32,000 bases of DNA from Nitrospira sp. (GTDB taxonomy: Bacteria; Nitrospirota; Nitrospiria; Nitrospirales; Nitrospiraceae), in the NCBI GenBank assembly GCA_024760545.1, contig CP060501.1, positions 2,588,036 to 2,620,035 on the forward strand, written 5' to 3'. Positions 9,033 through 18,157 of this stretch are shown here, piece after piece. The position numbers were made by a program, and so were the translations under genes. Every line of letters begins with the position of its first letter. The stretch's first letter is position 1. The notes beneath the pieces are model-generated. The model was given only the letters and a program-made list of their open reading frames with translations, was not told the DNA's origin and did no database searches.

Positions 9033-9066
9033 GGCATATGCCCATATTATACAGGCATATGCCCCT
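9028..9066. promoter_or_regulatory. Candidate MarR operator: 20-bp perfect palindrome plus a second GGCATATGCC core
   Basis: ATATGGGCATATGCCCATAT at 9028-9047 is a perfect palindrome. A second core, aGGCATATGCCcc, lies at 9053-9066. The site overlaps the -10 region of the rightward promoter. Confidence 0.5.
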
Positions 9067-9096
9067 ACTTTAATGCCTTAACCCAGGAGGTTGTAT

Positions 9097-9240
9097 ATGG
9101 CGCTACCTATGCGATCACCCAATGCGCGACGATCTGGCGCTTTAGAAGACACAGCTGGAGATGCAATGCGATTCAAATGGGGGTGGTTAATGGGGTTAGC
9201 CCTCGGAGCTTTAACGGCCGCCTATCGTTATGCAGGCTGA
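9097..9240 (+). CDS. Candidate 47-aa small membrane protein (below the ORF-track length threshold)
   Basis: AGGAGG at 9085-9090, 6 nt before ATG 9097. Translation: MALPMRSPNARRSGALEDTAGDAMRFKWGWLMGLALGALTAAYRYAG, a basic/acidic N-terminus followed by one C-terminal hydrophobic helix. Stop TGA at 9238-9240, 54 nt before amoC. Confidence 0.4.
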   Translation: MALPMRSPNARRSGALEDTAGDAMRFKWGWLMGLALGALTAAYRYAG

Positions 9241-9294
9241 ACAATCGGAGCGGGAAGAAGAGTGTTCCTTAATCTCACCAAGGAGGTCTGAATC

Positions 9295-10122
9295 ATGGCG
9301 TCCTCAAATCAACCAAACAGTGATAGGGGGTATGACATTTCTGAGTGGTACGACTCGAAGCCGGTGAAGATCGGCTGGCTGGCGATCCTGGGGATCGGGG
9401 TCTTTTGGGTGCTGTATCAACGGGCATTCGGGTACTCGCACGGGTTAGATTCCATGACCCCCGAGTTCGACTCGGTGTGGATGGGGCTGTGGCGGTTTAA
9501 CATTTTGGCAAACGCCGTGTTCTTTGCCACGACGATCGGGTGGATCTGGGTGACGCGCGATCGCAACCTCGCGAACCTTGCTCCCAAATTGGAGCTGAAG
9601 CGGTACTTTTATTGGATGGGCTGGCTGGTGTGCTACATGTGGGGCGTGTACTACGCGGGCAGCTATACGTTAGAGCAAGATGCGGCGTGGCATCAGGTGA
9701 TCATCCGGGACACGAGCTTCACGGCGAGCCACATTGTGGCGTTCTACGGGACGTTCCCGTTGTACATCACGTGCGGCGTGGCGACCTACCTGTATGCGCA
9801 GACACGGCTGCCATTGTACAGCCAGGCCACCTCATTTGCCTTAGTGGCAGCGGTGGTGGGGCCGATGTTCATTCTGCCAAACGTCGGACTCAACGAGTGG
9901 GGGCATGCGTTCTGGTTCGTCGATGAATTGTTCTCGGCCCCGTTGCACTGGGGCTTTGTGACGTTGGGCTGGTGCGGGTTGTTCGGCGCGGCAGGCGGCG
10001 TGGCGGCGCAGATCGTGAGCCGGATGTCGAATCTGGCGGACGTAATCTGGAACAACGCGCCGAAGAGTATCCTGGATCCGTTCCCCAGCCAGGTGGGCCC
10101 AGGAGTCAAGACCGTCTACTGA
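9295..10122 (+). CDS. amoC: Ammonia/particulate methane monooxygenase subunit C (AmoC/PmoC family), singleton copy
   Basis: Near-colinear with bacterial AmoC. Conserved strings: [95 protein letters not shown] lies 9 nt upstream. No amoA or amoB in the window. Confidence 0.95.
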   Translation: MASSNQPNSDRGYDISEWYDSKPVKIGWLAILGIGVFWVLYQRAFGYSHGLDSMTPEFDSVWMGLWRFNILANAVFFATTIGWIWVTRDRNLANLAPKLELKRYFYWMGWLVCYMWGVYYAGSYTLEQDAAWHQVIIRDTSFTASHIVAFYGTFPLYITCGVATYLYAQTRLPLYSQATSFALVAAVVGPMFILPNVGLNEWGHAFWFVDELFSAPLHWGFVTLGWCGLFGAAGGVAAQIVSRMSNLADVIWNNAPKSILDPFPSQVGPGVKTVY

Positions 10123-10342
10123 GAGGCTCACGGGACGAGGAACATCAGTCTAACCTTTAGGCTGTCAGCGGGTGGGTGGTTCTTGCATATGAAGGTTAAG
10201 CAGAGCCCCCACCCGGTTGGGTGGAAGATGTCAGTCTTGAGTAGAACGCTCTGACCGCAAAACACTTTGTTGAACCTCTTGGCAAGAGTATCACGGCGAT
10301 AAGCTATTCGACGTAACCGGACGAAATCGTGAGAGGCTGCCC

Positions 10343-12148
10343 TTGAAAACCAAGACCAAAAAACTACTGTTTTGGACGGTGATAGGCCTGTTCATGATCC
10401 TACTTCTGAATCTATGGACGATGGCGCCCCCGGTATTGGAGGAACAGGTCATTTTTAGCGATTTTATGGCCAAGCTCGACCAGGGCGACATCGAGAAGGT
10501 CATCATCAAGGGACATCAGATCAGCGGTGTCTTAAAAGATAATTCCCAGCTTCGCACCTACGCGGCGGACTATCCCGATCTCGTCCAGCTGCTGCGAGAG
10601 AAGCACGTTCAGATCGAAGTCAAACGATCCGATCAAAACCCCTGGTATATCCAATTTCTCATGACCTGGGGGCCCTTCGTGCTCTTTCTGGGCCTGTTGC
10701 TGTTCTTCATGCGCCGGATGCAGACCGGGAACGCGGCCTTGTCCCTCGTGAAGAGCAAAGCTCGCATGCAGACGGATGAACGGAAAAAGGTGATGTTTTC
10801 CGATGTGGCGGGAATTGATGAGGCGAAAGACGAAGTACAGGAAACGGTTGAATTTCTGAAGGATCCGCGAAAGTTCCAGAAGCTAGGCGGACGCATTCCC
10901 AAGGGTGTGTTAGTCGTCGGCCCGCCCGGAACTGGGAAAACATTATTGGCGAAGGCGATTGCGGGCGAGGCGGGGGTCCCCTTCTTCAGCATCAGCGGAT
11001 CGGATTTTGTCGAAATGTTCGTAGGGGTCGGCGCCTCTCGCGTGCGGGATATGTTCGAGCAAGCGAAAAAGCACGCGCCCTGTATCATTTTTATCGATGA
11101 GATCGATGCCGTCGGACGATCGCGGGGAGCAGGGCTTGGCGGCGGAAACGATGAACGTGAGCAAACGCTCAACCAATTGCTGGTCGAAATGGATGGCTTT
11201 GATACGGCAGAGGGCATCATTTTGGTTGCCGCGACCAATCGGCCGGATGTGCTCGACCCGGCCTTGCTGAGGCCAGGCCGATTCGATCGGCAAGTAACGG
11301 TGAATCATCCGGACCTTCGAGGTCGTTCTGAGATCTTGAAGGTGCATACGAAGAACGTCCCGGTCGCAGTCGACGTAGCGCTAGAGAAGATTGCGAGAGG
11401 GACTCCCGGTTTCTCAGGCGCCGATTTGGAAAACTTGGTCAATGAGGCTGCCCTCTGGGCTGCTCGTCAGAATAAAACTGAAGTCGGAATCGTAGACTTC
11501 GAAATGGCCAAAGACAAGATTATGATGGGTGCCGAGCGCAAGAGCATGATGCTCACGGACGAAGAAAAACGGATCACCGCCTATCACGAGGCAGGCCATG
11601 CCTTGATGGCCACATTACTGCCGGGCACCGATCCGGTTCACAAAGTGTCGATTATTCCAAGAGGCCGGGCATTGGGAGTCACCATGCAGCTGCCCACCGA
11701 CGACCGCCATAATCATTCTAAGGAGTTTTTGTACAACACGCTGGCGATTCTCATGGGCGGCAGAGTCGCAGAAGAACTGGTGTTCGAACATGTCACAACC
11801 GGTGCAGGTAACGATTTAGAGCGGGCAACGGACCTCGCGCGTAAAATGGTTTGCGAATGGGGTATGAGTGAAAAGCTGGGGCCGCTGACGTTCGGGCCGA
11901 AAGAGGAATCGATGTTTCTGGGGCGCACCTTTGGGACTAAGCGTGATCTCAGTAATGCAATGGCATTGGAGATTGATCTGGAAATCAAACGCCTCATCAC
12001 AGAAAACTACGAGCGGAGCAAGCGCATCCTGACCGAGCACAGGGTGACCTTGAAGGCGCTGGCGGATGCGCTCTTGGAAAAAGAGGTGCTGGATGCGCTG
12101 GAGATCCACCAGATTGTTTCCAACTGCTCCCTAACAGTCCTTGCTTAA
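10343..12148 (+). CDS. ftsH: ATP-dependent zinc metalloprotease FtsH
   Basis: N-terminal TM helix, periplasmic loop and second TM helix. Walker A GPPGTGKT, Walker [32 protein letters not shown], zinc site HEAGHAL. TTG start. Confidence 0.95.
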   Translation: MKTKTKKLLFWTVIGLFMILLLNLWTMAPPVLEEQVIFSDFMAKLDQGDIEKVIIKGHQISGVLKDNSQLRTYAADYPDLVQLLREKHVQIEVKRSDQNPWYIQFLMTWGPFVLFLGLLLFFMRRMQTGNAALSLVKSKARMQTDERKKVMFSDVAGIDEAKDEVQETVEFLKDPRKFQKLGGRIPKGVLVVGPPGTGKTLLAKAIAGEAGVPFFSISGSDFVEMFVGVGASRVRDMFEQAKKHAPCIIFIDEIDAVGRSRGAGLGGGNDEREQTLNQLLVEMDGFDTAEGIILVAATNRPDVLDPALLRPGRFDRQVTVNHPDLRGRSEILKVHTKNVPVAVDVALEKIARGTPGFSGADLENLVNEAALWAARQNKTEVGIVDFEMAKDKIMMGAERKSMMLTDEEKRITAYHEAGHALMATLLPGTDPVHKVSIIPRGRALGVTMQLPTDDRHNHSKEFLYNTLAILMGGRVAEELVFEHVTTGAGNDLERATDLARKMVCEWGMSEKLGPLTFGPKEESMFLGRTFGTKRDLSNAMALEIDLEIKRLITENYERSKRILTEHRVTLKALADALLEKEVLDALEIHQIVSNCSLTVLA

Positions 12149-12772
12149 AACCGGGGGGGCCCTACTATCTGGAAGTCGTATTCTTTTAGGCTCAGGTGCG
12201 TAGCGTCTCTTTTCCAGATAATGTTGATTCAGACTATGCAGCTCGCGCAGATTCTGAGATTCCTTCGCCTGAAAAGGCGGGGGAATCTCTGGTCTTTGTT
12301 ACGTCAAAGCATCGGTTCGCTTTTCCGACCGTTATATCATGACAGCGAAGGAACGGGGGCCCCGTGCTCTACCAGAGTGGGAACGGGGTGAGTTGCTTTT
12401 AACGGTCAAGGGCGTTTCACAATTTGATTCCAAACGGTCACCTGCAATCAGCACCAATAGCATAGAAGCTCTAGCCGACTGTCTAGAACCGAACCTACGC
12501 AGCAGCTTCCACAGTTCCATGAAACGGATAGCCCAGTCCACAACGCTATAAAAGACCCCCCATCCTGTTAGAAACAAACTAGCTGAAACCGACTACCCTC
12601 AGCTCTTATACGCGCTACCACTGTGGTGAATTTTGTGACAAAACCATGCAGGAACGGAAGGCAAGGTACGGGAAAGCATAGAGGCAATAGAGAGCGCTAA
12701 CCTGTCGTGATTGCGGCTAATATTGGGGAAACCGTTGCAGTAGCGAGCTTTTTTGAAAACCATCGATTTGAC

Positions 12773-12817
12773 CTTTTAAGGCGAGGGCCCTGGGTTCGAG
12801 TCCCAGCCGGCTCACCA
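12773..12817 (+). repeat. 3' half of a tRNA-Lys(UUU) gene (att-like direct repeat, copy 1); not an intact tRNA
   Basis: Parses exactly as anticodon loop CTTTTAA, 3' anticodon stem GGCGA, variable loop GGGCC, T-arm CTGGG-TTCGAGT-CCCAG, acceptor 3' strand CCGGCTC, discriminator A, CCA. The required 5' partners (TCGCC and GAGCCGG) are absent upstream. Confidence 0.8.
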
Positions 12818-13066
12818 CATTGGACAAAGGAAGCTTCGGCGGCGAGATTGTGAAAAGGATAAGGCTCTGACACGGTCGGACTGAATAAGAACTTCGATAC
12901 ATAAAGTTCAGCTATCTTTTAACTACTTGCCCAAAATGCAGTATATAAGGCCTTCTGATAATCTTCTGAAAACCACCCCTTGAGTAACGAAGTTGCAATA
13001 ATGGCACCCCGCGATTAGGTCGCTGACAGTCATCCGTTTTCTGCTTGCCTCTAGCACAGGGCAGGA

Positions 13067-14215
13067 TCAGATCCTTCTCGATCGTTGAAGCGACTTTTTG
13101 GAACGTCGATCCGACTTTGCCTTAACCTTGTCTGAGATCTGTTGGAGCGCATCGGGAATGTCGTCATTGTAATCGTCGAAGGTAATGAGCTCGAGCCCAA
13201 GCGTCGCGAATCCTTTCTCGAATTCCTTTTCTTCATAGTGGTAGATGCGCTCAAGCAACTGTTGAATTTGTCTAGGTTCCTTGTCCAGCATCTTCATCCT
13301 TCCCTTCGGAAACTTGGACAAATACTCTTCTGCCTTTCGTCGAATTTGCGCAAGCTCCGGACTGGGGTCGGTAATCGTCTTGAATTGCGGTTTTCTCATC
13401 AGAATGTAGTTTCTGAGAGGCAGCGGCTGCTGGCGGATCGAGTCGAGAATCCTGCGTGTGTTCCGATCCGAGAGCGACAGTCCAATCATCAGGCCAATCG
13501 AGCTGGTCAACTGGCTGACCTGCACGACATTGCCCCAAAAGAGCGCATCTTGAAAGGCCCGGTTGTATTGGTCTTCTGAGAAAATAATGTCTTCGTATTT
13601 GACGTCTTCAGCTTGATACGGAATGTAGCCGTGTACGTGATAGATGGGAATCTTGTCTGCCTCAAGCTGCTGGTTCCCCTTGTAGATGACCTGGAAGTTC
13701 TTACGGTTCGCGAGATGTGTGAGCCCAAGCTCGACAAGGTTGTCGTAATTATAGGTGACGATCGATCGAAGTCCTTTCTTCTGCGGGATCGATTGTCCGC
13801 AACAATCAACGATAGCCTTCAATGTCGAGTTTTGGTTCACCAGGTATTCTGGCAACCCGGTGATGTCTGATCCGAAGGCCTGACGGCCCAGCCCGGCATA
13901 AAGCGTCGTACTCAACATGGTGATGAAGTCTTTGCCTTCATACCACTGCTTAATCTTGCGAATGATGATATCGAGCGGCTCGTTTTTCTGTTGCAACACC
14001 CATTCTGCCAGCGCGAATAGGTAATTCGGGTAGGGCCTCATGTTGTTGATGAAGTCTTCGTCATGGAGCGTCGTGAAATAGAGTGCCTGAACGAGTTCCT
14101 CCCAGCTGGGCAAGCCATTTGGTTTGGAAACGCCGGCCCCGAGGTAAAGACTCAGTCGCCCACTTTGAAACGCTTCCTTCAACGCAGGAAGGCTTCCGTT
14201 GAACTGTACGGCCAT
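13067..14215 (-). CDS. Stand-alone SIR2_2-type (sirtuin-like, predicted NAD+-consuming) protein
   Basis: LSLYLGAGVSKPNGLPSWEELV (Gly-rich NAD site), IVTYNYDNLVE (conserved Asn), IPIYHVHGYIP (catalytic His), LMIGLSLSDRNTRRIL. These are colinear with the ThsA/DSR SIR2 motifs. About 100 aa of uncharacterised C-terminus ends in a basic tail. SD AAGGAG 8 nt upstream. Confidence 0.85.
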   Translation of the reverse strand: MAVQFNGSLPALKEAFQSGRLSLYLGAGVSKPNGLPSWEELVQALYFTTLHDEDFINNMRPYPNYLFALAEWVLQQKNEPLDIIIRKIKQWYEGKDFITMLSTTLYAGLGRQAFGSDITGLPEYLVNQNSTLKAIVDCCGQSIPQKKGLRSIVTYNYDNLVELGLTHLANRKNFQVIYKGNQQLEADKIPIYHVHGYIPYQAEDVKYEDIIFSEDQYNRAFQDALFWGNVVQVSQLTSSIGLMIGLSLSDRNTRRILDSIRQQPLPLRNYILMRKPQFKTITDPSPELAQIRRKAEEYLSKFPKGRMKMLDKEPRQIQQLLERIYHYEEKEFEKGFATLGLELITFDDYNDDIPDALQQISDKVKAKSDRRSKKSLQRSRRI

Positions 14216-14807
14216 TTCTTTAACTCCTTGCTAGACCGTCCGGGCATGTCGCCACTTGATTACGCGAAATCAACAAAGTGACTAAGGCTTTGCTTTTCGA
14301 AGTGTGCTGCCCCCAGTAGACTTAGAAAGCCCCACGAGGCGGTTCCATTATAGCTTTTCCCGATGCCTGTCAAGAAACCGTGATCAGCGAGATGGTGGGC
14401 ATTGACAGGCATAACGAGGAAATTCTTGGGGAATGAGGACTTCAAATGACCTGAATTCTTTGGAGAAATTATCGTGCTCAACACTTACGACCTGTTCAAA
14501 TCTTAATTGAGGCGCGACACTCGCCACCGCCAGCAAGGCCGCCTTCCAGCTATGGTCAAAGGGTCTGACCTCATATACTTCTCACGAGAACAGGTTCGCT
14601 CGGCCGTTTCCCCCGTCACGCGCAAGACCAGCCGTTGTACCTGTGGGGCGTGATCCTGGTTCATGGTGATGATCAGGCCGGCCGCCCGCTCACCCTCGAC
14701 GATCTGAACGCCCAACATGGAATTGCAGATGTAACCTCTAGAACTCGGGCAACGACTAAGAAGGTAAGGATGATGAGACGATCATCCCTGAGGCCAAACC
14801 GGAGGCG

Positions 14808-15107
14808 ATGGTGGAAGAGAGCCTGCGACGGGGCATCACGTGGGAGGAGCTCGACGTCCGGGCATGGGAGGACGCGATGGTGACTCATGTCATACATGAA
14901 GGAACGCTTCCTGACCTTGAAGTTCCACTGTTGGACTGTGTGGGCAAGCGATCACCGGTGCTGTGCGATCACCAGCACCCCATGGTGGCAATCGTGGTGA
15001 GGCAACGCCCGGAAATCATTTACGCGGGGTACCCTGAAGCGGGCCTCTTCCATTGTCCGATATGCGACCAGACTCGCCGCGTAACATTCACGCTGTCACC
15101 ACGATGA
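14808..15107 (+). CDS. Hypothetical 99-aa protein with Cys/His cluster (weak call)
   Basis: ORF with GGAGG 2 nt upstream. Contains DCVGKRSPVLCDHQH ... FHCPICDQ, a possible zinc ribbon. No family recognised. Confidence 0.3.
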   Translation: MVEESLRRGITWEELDVRAWEDAMVTHVIHEGTLPDLEVPLLDCVGKRSPVLCDHQHPMVAIVVRQRPEIIYAGYPEAGLFHCPICDQTRRVTFTLSPR

Positions 15108-15495
15108 CCTTTGGAGAGCCTTCGAAGAAGAGCGGGTTGATGATGGGGCGATGGTATTGGCACCGGCGCTGCCAGGCGCTGAGCCATTCCCGGCCCATCC
15201 ACCCTTTCCTCTTCCTCATTTCTCCAATGCATCAAGCTGGACGATCAGTCTGAGGAAGTCAGCCCATAGCCGCACCTGACTGGGGGTTCCCATCCATACA
15301 GGCCAAAACCGCACGAGCACCCTGTGCGGAAAGCAAGTGCCGCAAACAGAGTGACGATGCAGACGCCTGTGTTTCTTCACTCTCTGCGTTGCTGCTGGCG
15401 ATCGGCCCGTTGGTCTGGCTCTTGCAAAAACATCGGGCTGGGTTTCGGCGCTGTCGAGACGACTCGGAAGGGCATTCGGTCGCTCCTCGTCAAGA

Positions 15496-15693
15496 ATGGA
15501 GTCGCGATCACAACGAACGGAGGCGTTCGTGGTTCTGCGCTGGTTCATTCTTCTAGGGTCTGTGATGTTGTTCCTCGGGCTCTTGTTGATCATCGTCGTC
15601 TGCCTAAATGCGCGGTCCAAGTCTAAGTCCAACTTCTTCCTAGTTCCTGTCGGCATGGCCTCTATCGGAATGGCACTTGGCCTTTCACTGTAG
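15496..15693 (+). CDS. Hypothetical 65-aa two-helix membrane protein (weak call)
   Basis: Two hydrophobic helices, FVVLRWFILLGSVMLFLGLLLIIVVCL and FFLVPVGMASIGMALGLSL. No obvious SD. Confidence 0.3.
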   Translation: MESRSQRTEAFVVLRWFILLGSVMLFLGLLLIIVVCLNARSKSKSNFFLVPVGMASIGMALGLSL

Positions 15694-15907
15694 GTGGTTC
15701 GGATGGTTGGCGCAGCTAATGGAGATTCCTTCCCTGCTCCACTGGCTGGATCTGCCAGGACGGCGGGGTGTCTCTCATTGGTTTCTCGTAAGGGACATCC
15801 CCGCACGACCATGCTTTCACCGGCCTTTCGCACATTGCCGGACACAGTCCAGTCGAATTCTCAAGCACGAGGCGAGTCCTTTCACAATCAAACCTAAGGA
15901 GTACCTC

Positions 15908-16111
15908 ATGGTTTGTACACGATGCGGTGGGTTTACAGTCCATGATTATTTCTACGGTGCTACAGACTACTTTGCTTGGCAATGTTTGGCTTTCCGCTGC
16001 GTGAATTGCGGAGCGATCAGTAACATTCAATCCTTCGATTCAAGTAACCCAAGCGGCACGGGCAGCACGAGCCATTCACGAGCTCGACATGCAAATGTGG
16101 CGCGGGGATGA
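15908..16111 (+). CDS. Small zinc-ribbon protein (67 aa)
   Basis: AAGGAG 6 nt upstream of ATG 15908. The MVCTRCGG...FRCVNCGA pattern is CxxC-x27-CxxC. The upstream part of the ORF-track call (15677) lacks support. Confidence 0.5.
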   Translation: MVCTRCGGFTVHDYFYGATDYFAWQCLAFRCVNCGAISNIQSFDSSNPSGTGSTSHSRARHANVARG

Positions 16112-16195
16112 GCGGACTATTCATGATCACGTCTACGTGCACGTAGCCAGGTGTCATTCCCTGTCGCTACGCAGACACGAAAAGGTGGGAGAATC

Positions 16196-16462
16196 ATGGC
16201 TACAGAAACGTTCATCGATCGAGTTCGAACTGTCGTCAAGGGACAGAGCACCGGTTGTGCCATGGAAGAAGTGGTGGCTCTCTGTCCGGACTTGACATGG
16301 AATCAGGTGTTCCTCGCCATTGACGACTTAAGCCGGAGCGGAGAGATTCGAGTCACATTGGATGCCGACAGCGCCTATAGAATACAGATTCATCGTCCCG
16401 CACCAGATACCAGTGCGAAGGATCTCGATGAATCGACATCGAGGTGTGTGGTGAGATGTTGA
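16196..16462 (+). CDS. Small hypothetical protein (88 aa), possibly winged-helix-like
   Basis: GGTGGGAG 5 nt upstream of ATG 16196 (MATETFIDRV). Its stop overlaps the next gene's start in ATGTTGA, which suggests translational coupling. Confidence 0.55.
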   Translation: MATETFIDRVRTVVKGQSTGCAMEEVVALCPDLTWNQVFLAIDDLSRSGEIRVTLDADSAYRIQIHRPAPDTSAKDLDESTSRCVVRC

Positions 16463-16992
16463 CTATCGCATCAGCCAAGGCCCTGCCAATGCGACTTCTG
16501 GTGGCAGTAGGCGAATCCGAGCGCGCGTTGCATGCTGTGCGATATGTGGGATCGCTGCTGCAGCGTAGACCGGATGTCATCGTCACGCTCTTTCATGTCC
16601 TCAAACCCATGCCACGCGGCCTATTGGAGCATGGGGGATCTGAAAATCCTGACATGGAAGCAGAGCTGAGCACCCGTTTGAAGGAAGATCAGGAGACGTG
16701 GAAAAAGCAGGAACGAGAAGCACAATGCCCGACTCTCGAACGAGCCCATGAACTTTTGATGCGGGCTGGCTTTGACAAGAGTCGAGTCGCCCTAAAGTTT
16801 GGACATGAGGACAACATTGCGAATGCCATTCTCGATGAAGCGAGAATGGGACAGCACGACACGATTGTCGTGGGCCGCACCGATACGCCTGGAATCACAC
16901 GCATCTTCAGCAGCGGCATCACTGACCATCTACTGCGGGATGCGCGAGGCTTGGTCATCTGGATTATTACCCCCCGCTTGAGACAACTGTGA
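16444..16992 (+). CDS. Universal stress protein (UspA family)
   Basis: USP pattern: MRLLVAVGESERALHAVRYV ... VTLFHV ... ILDEARMGQHDTIVVGRTDTPGITRIFSSGITDHLLRDARGLVIWII. The likely start is ATG 16456. Confidence 0.8.
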   Translation: MCGEMLTIASAKALPMRLLVAVGESERALHAVRYVGSLLQRRPDVIVTLFHVLKPMPRGLLEHGGSENPDMEAELSTRLKEDQETWKKQEREAQCPTLERAHELLMRAGFDKSRVALKFGHEDNIANAILDEARMGQHDTIVVGRTDTPGITRIFSSGITDHLLRDARGLVIWIITPRLRQL

Positions 16993-17241
16993 GGACGTGA
17001 GTTGAGAGTGAAGTCCGGATGTATCATTCAGTTTGACTGCGGGGGAATCCTCCGACCCGGATATCGGGATCTATATACAACGCAACATTCAGCATGAAAC
17101 TAAGAGAGTAACGTGGAGCGATAACCCGCAAGCCCTTCCTGTGGCTGCAGGATCACTTTTCAGACGTGTGCCGTTCGTAACGGAGCATCAAAAGCTTCTA
17201 TGAATTCACAATGATTTATCGGTGAGATTCGGGAGGAAGAT

Positions 17242-17454
17242 ATGGCGAATGACAAAAGAGTAACTGCGCAGGCGGCCGTGGCCAAGTTTGTATCTGCTGC
17301 CGGTCCCATCGAGAGACACCTCCTGGAAGGAAAGCCGCTCACGGACGTGGAGCTTGATTCCATTGCAAACATATCTTTAGGATTTCAAATGGCCATTGAG
17401 GTGTGGAAGAGAACCAACGGCCTGCCCATTAAACTGCGTCGGCGCCCTTCGTGA
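17242..17454 (+). CDS. Hypothetical 70-aa protein
   Basis: GGGAGG 5 nt upstream of the ATG. No family recognised. Confidence 0.5.
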   Translation: MANDKRVTAQAAVAKFVSAAGPIERHLLEGKPLTDVELDSIANISLGFQMAIEVWKRTNGLPIKLRRRPS

Positions 17455-17859
17455 GGGCCAAACAGCGCGACATTTGTCATGGCTCGCCGCTTTGGACCAG
17501 AGACAGAACTTTCAAACGACCTTCCTCCTCAGTCCACCTGCCTAGCCTCCGTCGTCTTGCATTAACTAGGCAACGAACAGGTCTAAGAAGCGAAACAACT
17601 CGCAAATCCATTCTCCCTTAAATTGGCTCTAGCGAACTCTTCATCAGCCTGCCGCAAGATGTGTGACGGTTCGTAACGATGCCGTTGCGACGGTGATTTG
17701 CACAACCAACGCATGTCTGTTTTGAATTGGAGTGATGACCACCGATGTGTTATCACGTTACAACTCACTGTGTGGCGGACGGTCCCCTTCCTGCAGTAAT
17801 CGCCATATCATGGAAATGACGTTTCGAGAACTATTACAACCTGTCGTGGAGACGTAACA

Positions 17860-18030
17860 ATGCCCAAAGCCCGCAGTGCTGGCCAGTGTTATCGATGCGA
17901 AGCCGGAGATCGAGTCAGGATGACCTTCATGACGTGTAGCCGCTGCCGCCGGTATTTCTGTAGTGAGCACGGTTCCTCGCAATTGGAACAATGCGAAACA
18001 TGCCTTGAGGGCGGCGAAGAGATGGACTAG
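17860..18030 (+). CDS. Candidate 56-aa Cys-rich zinc-finger protein (below the ORF-track length threshold)
   Basis: ATG 17860 with GGAGA 8 nt upstream. Translation: MPKARSAGQCYRCEAGDRVRMTFMTCSRCRRYFCSEHGSSQLEQCETCLEGGEEMD. The pattern CxxC-x12-CxxC-x4-C-x2-H-x7-CxxC resembles a cross-braced zinc finger. Confidence 0.45.
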   Translation: MPKARSAGQCYRCEAGDRVRMTFMTCSRCRRYFCSEHGSSQLEQCETCLEGGEEMD

Positions 18031-18157
18031 GGGATTAGCAATCAATCGGCGCCGAATCCTTTTGCGATGAACGCACCGCGGTTGTGTGACAGGCAGGGGA
18101 GCTATCGCGGCAAGTTGAGCGCGACTCCCTACGATCCCGGCTCCACGAGCAACTCCT

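Noticed and set aside
9030-9272. 80-aa ORF (MGICPYYTGICPYFN...) in the marR-amoC intergenic region
   Set aside because: It starts inside the palindromic operator, so the repeated GICPY simply reflects translation of the repeat. It has no SD and is in a different frame from the SD-led 47-codon ORF.
10169-10215. Stem CGGGTGGG / CCCACCCG between amoC and ftsH as an intrinsic terminator
   Set aside because: The 8-bp stem has a 31-nt loop and no following U-tract, so it is not a canonical terminator. Co-transcription of amoC and ftsH remains an open question.
10633-11347. Long minus-strand ORFs (201 aa and 134 aa) inside ftsH
   Set aside because: These are antisense shadow ORFs of a highly conserved gene. 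Their composition is Arg/Pro/Ser-rich and they have no SD. The same reasoning applies to 5399-6061, 9540-9926, 9786-10131, 20703-21182, 21447-21974 and 28781-29197.
12166-12220. 9-bp inverted repeat TATCTGGAA ... TTCCAGATA after the ftsH stop
   Set aside because: The stem is AT-rich, the loop is 37 nt and there is no U-tract. The evidence is insufficient to call a terminator or a binding site.
12741-12817. Possible intact tRNA or tmRNA 3' end at the first tRNA-like sequence
   Set aside because: The ~32 nt upstream cannot supply the 5' acceptor strand (GAGCCGG) or the 5' anticodon stem (TCGCC). The acceptor also lacks the G3:U70 pair and GGGG start expected for tmRNA. The same holds for the copy at 22276-22352. 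Both are therefore treated as half-gene remnants.
15216-15845. 209-aa minus-strand ORF in the gene-poor region
   Set aside because: It has a biased R/P/S/T-rich composition, no SD and no motif. It overlaps several alternative small ORFs on the other strand. It is not supportable as a gene from the sequence alone.
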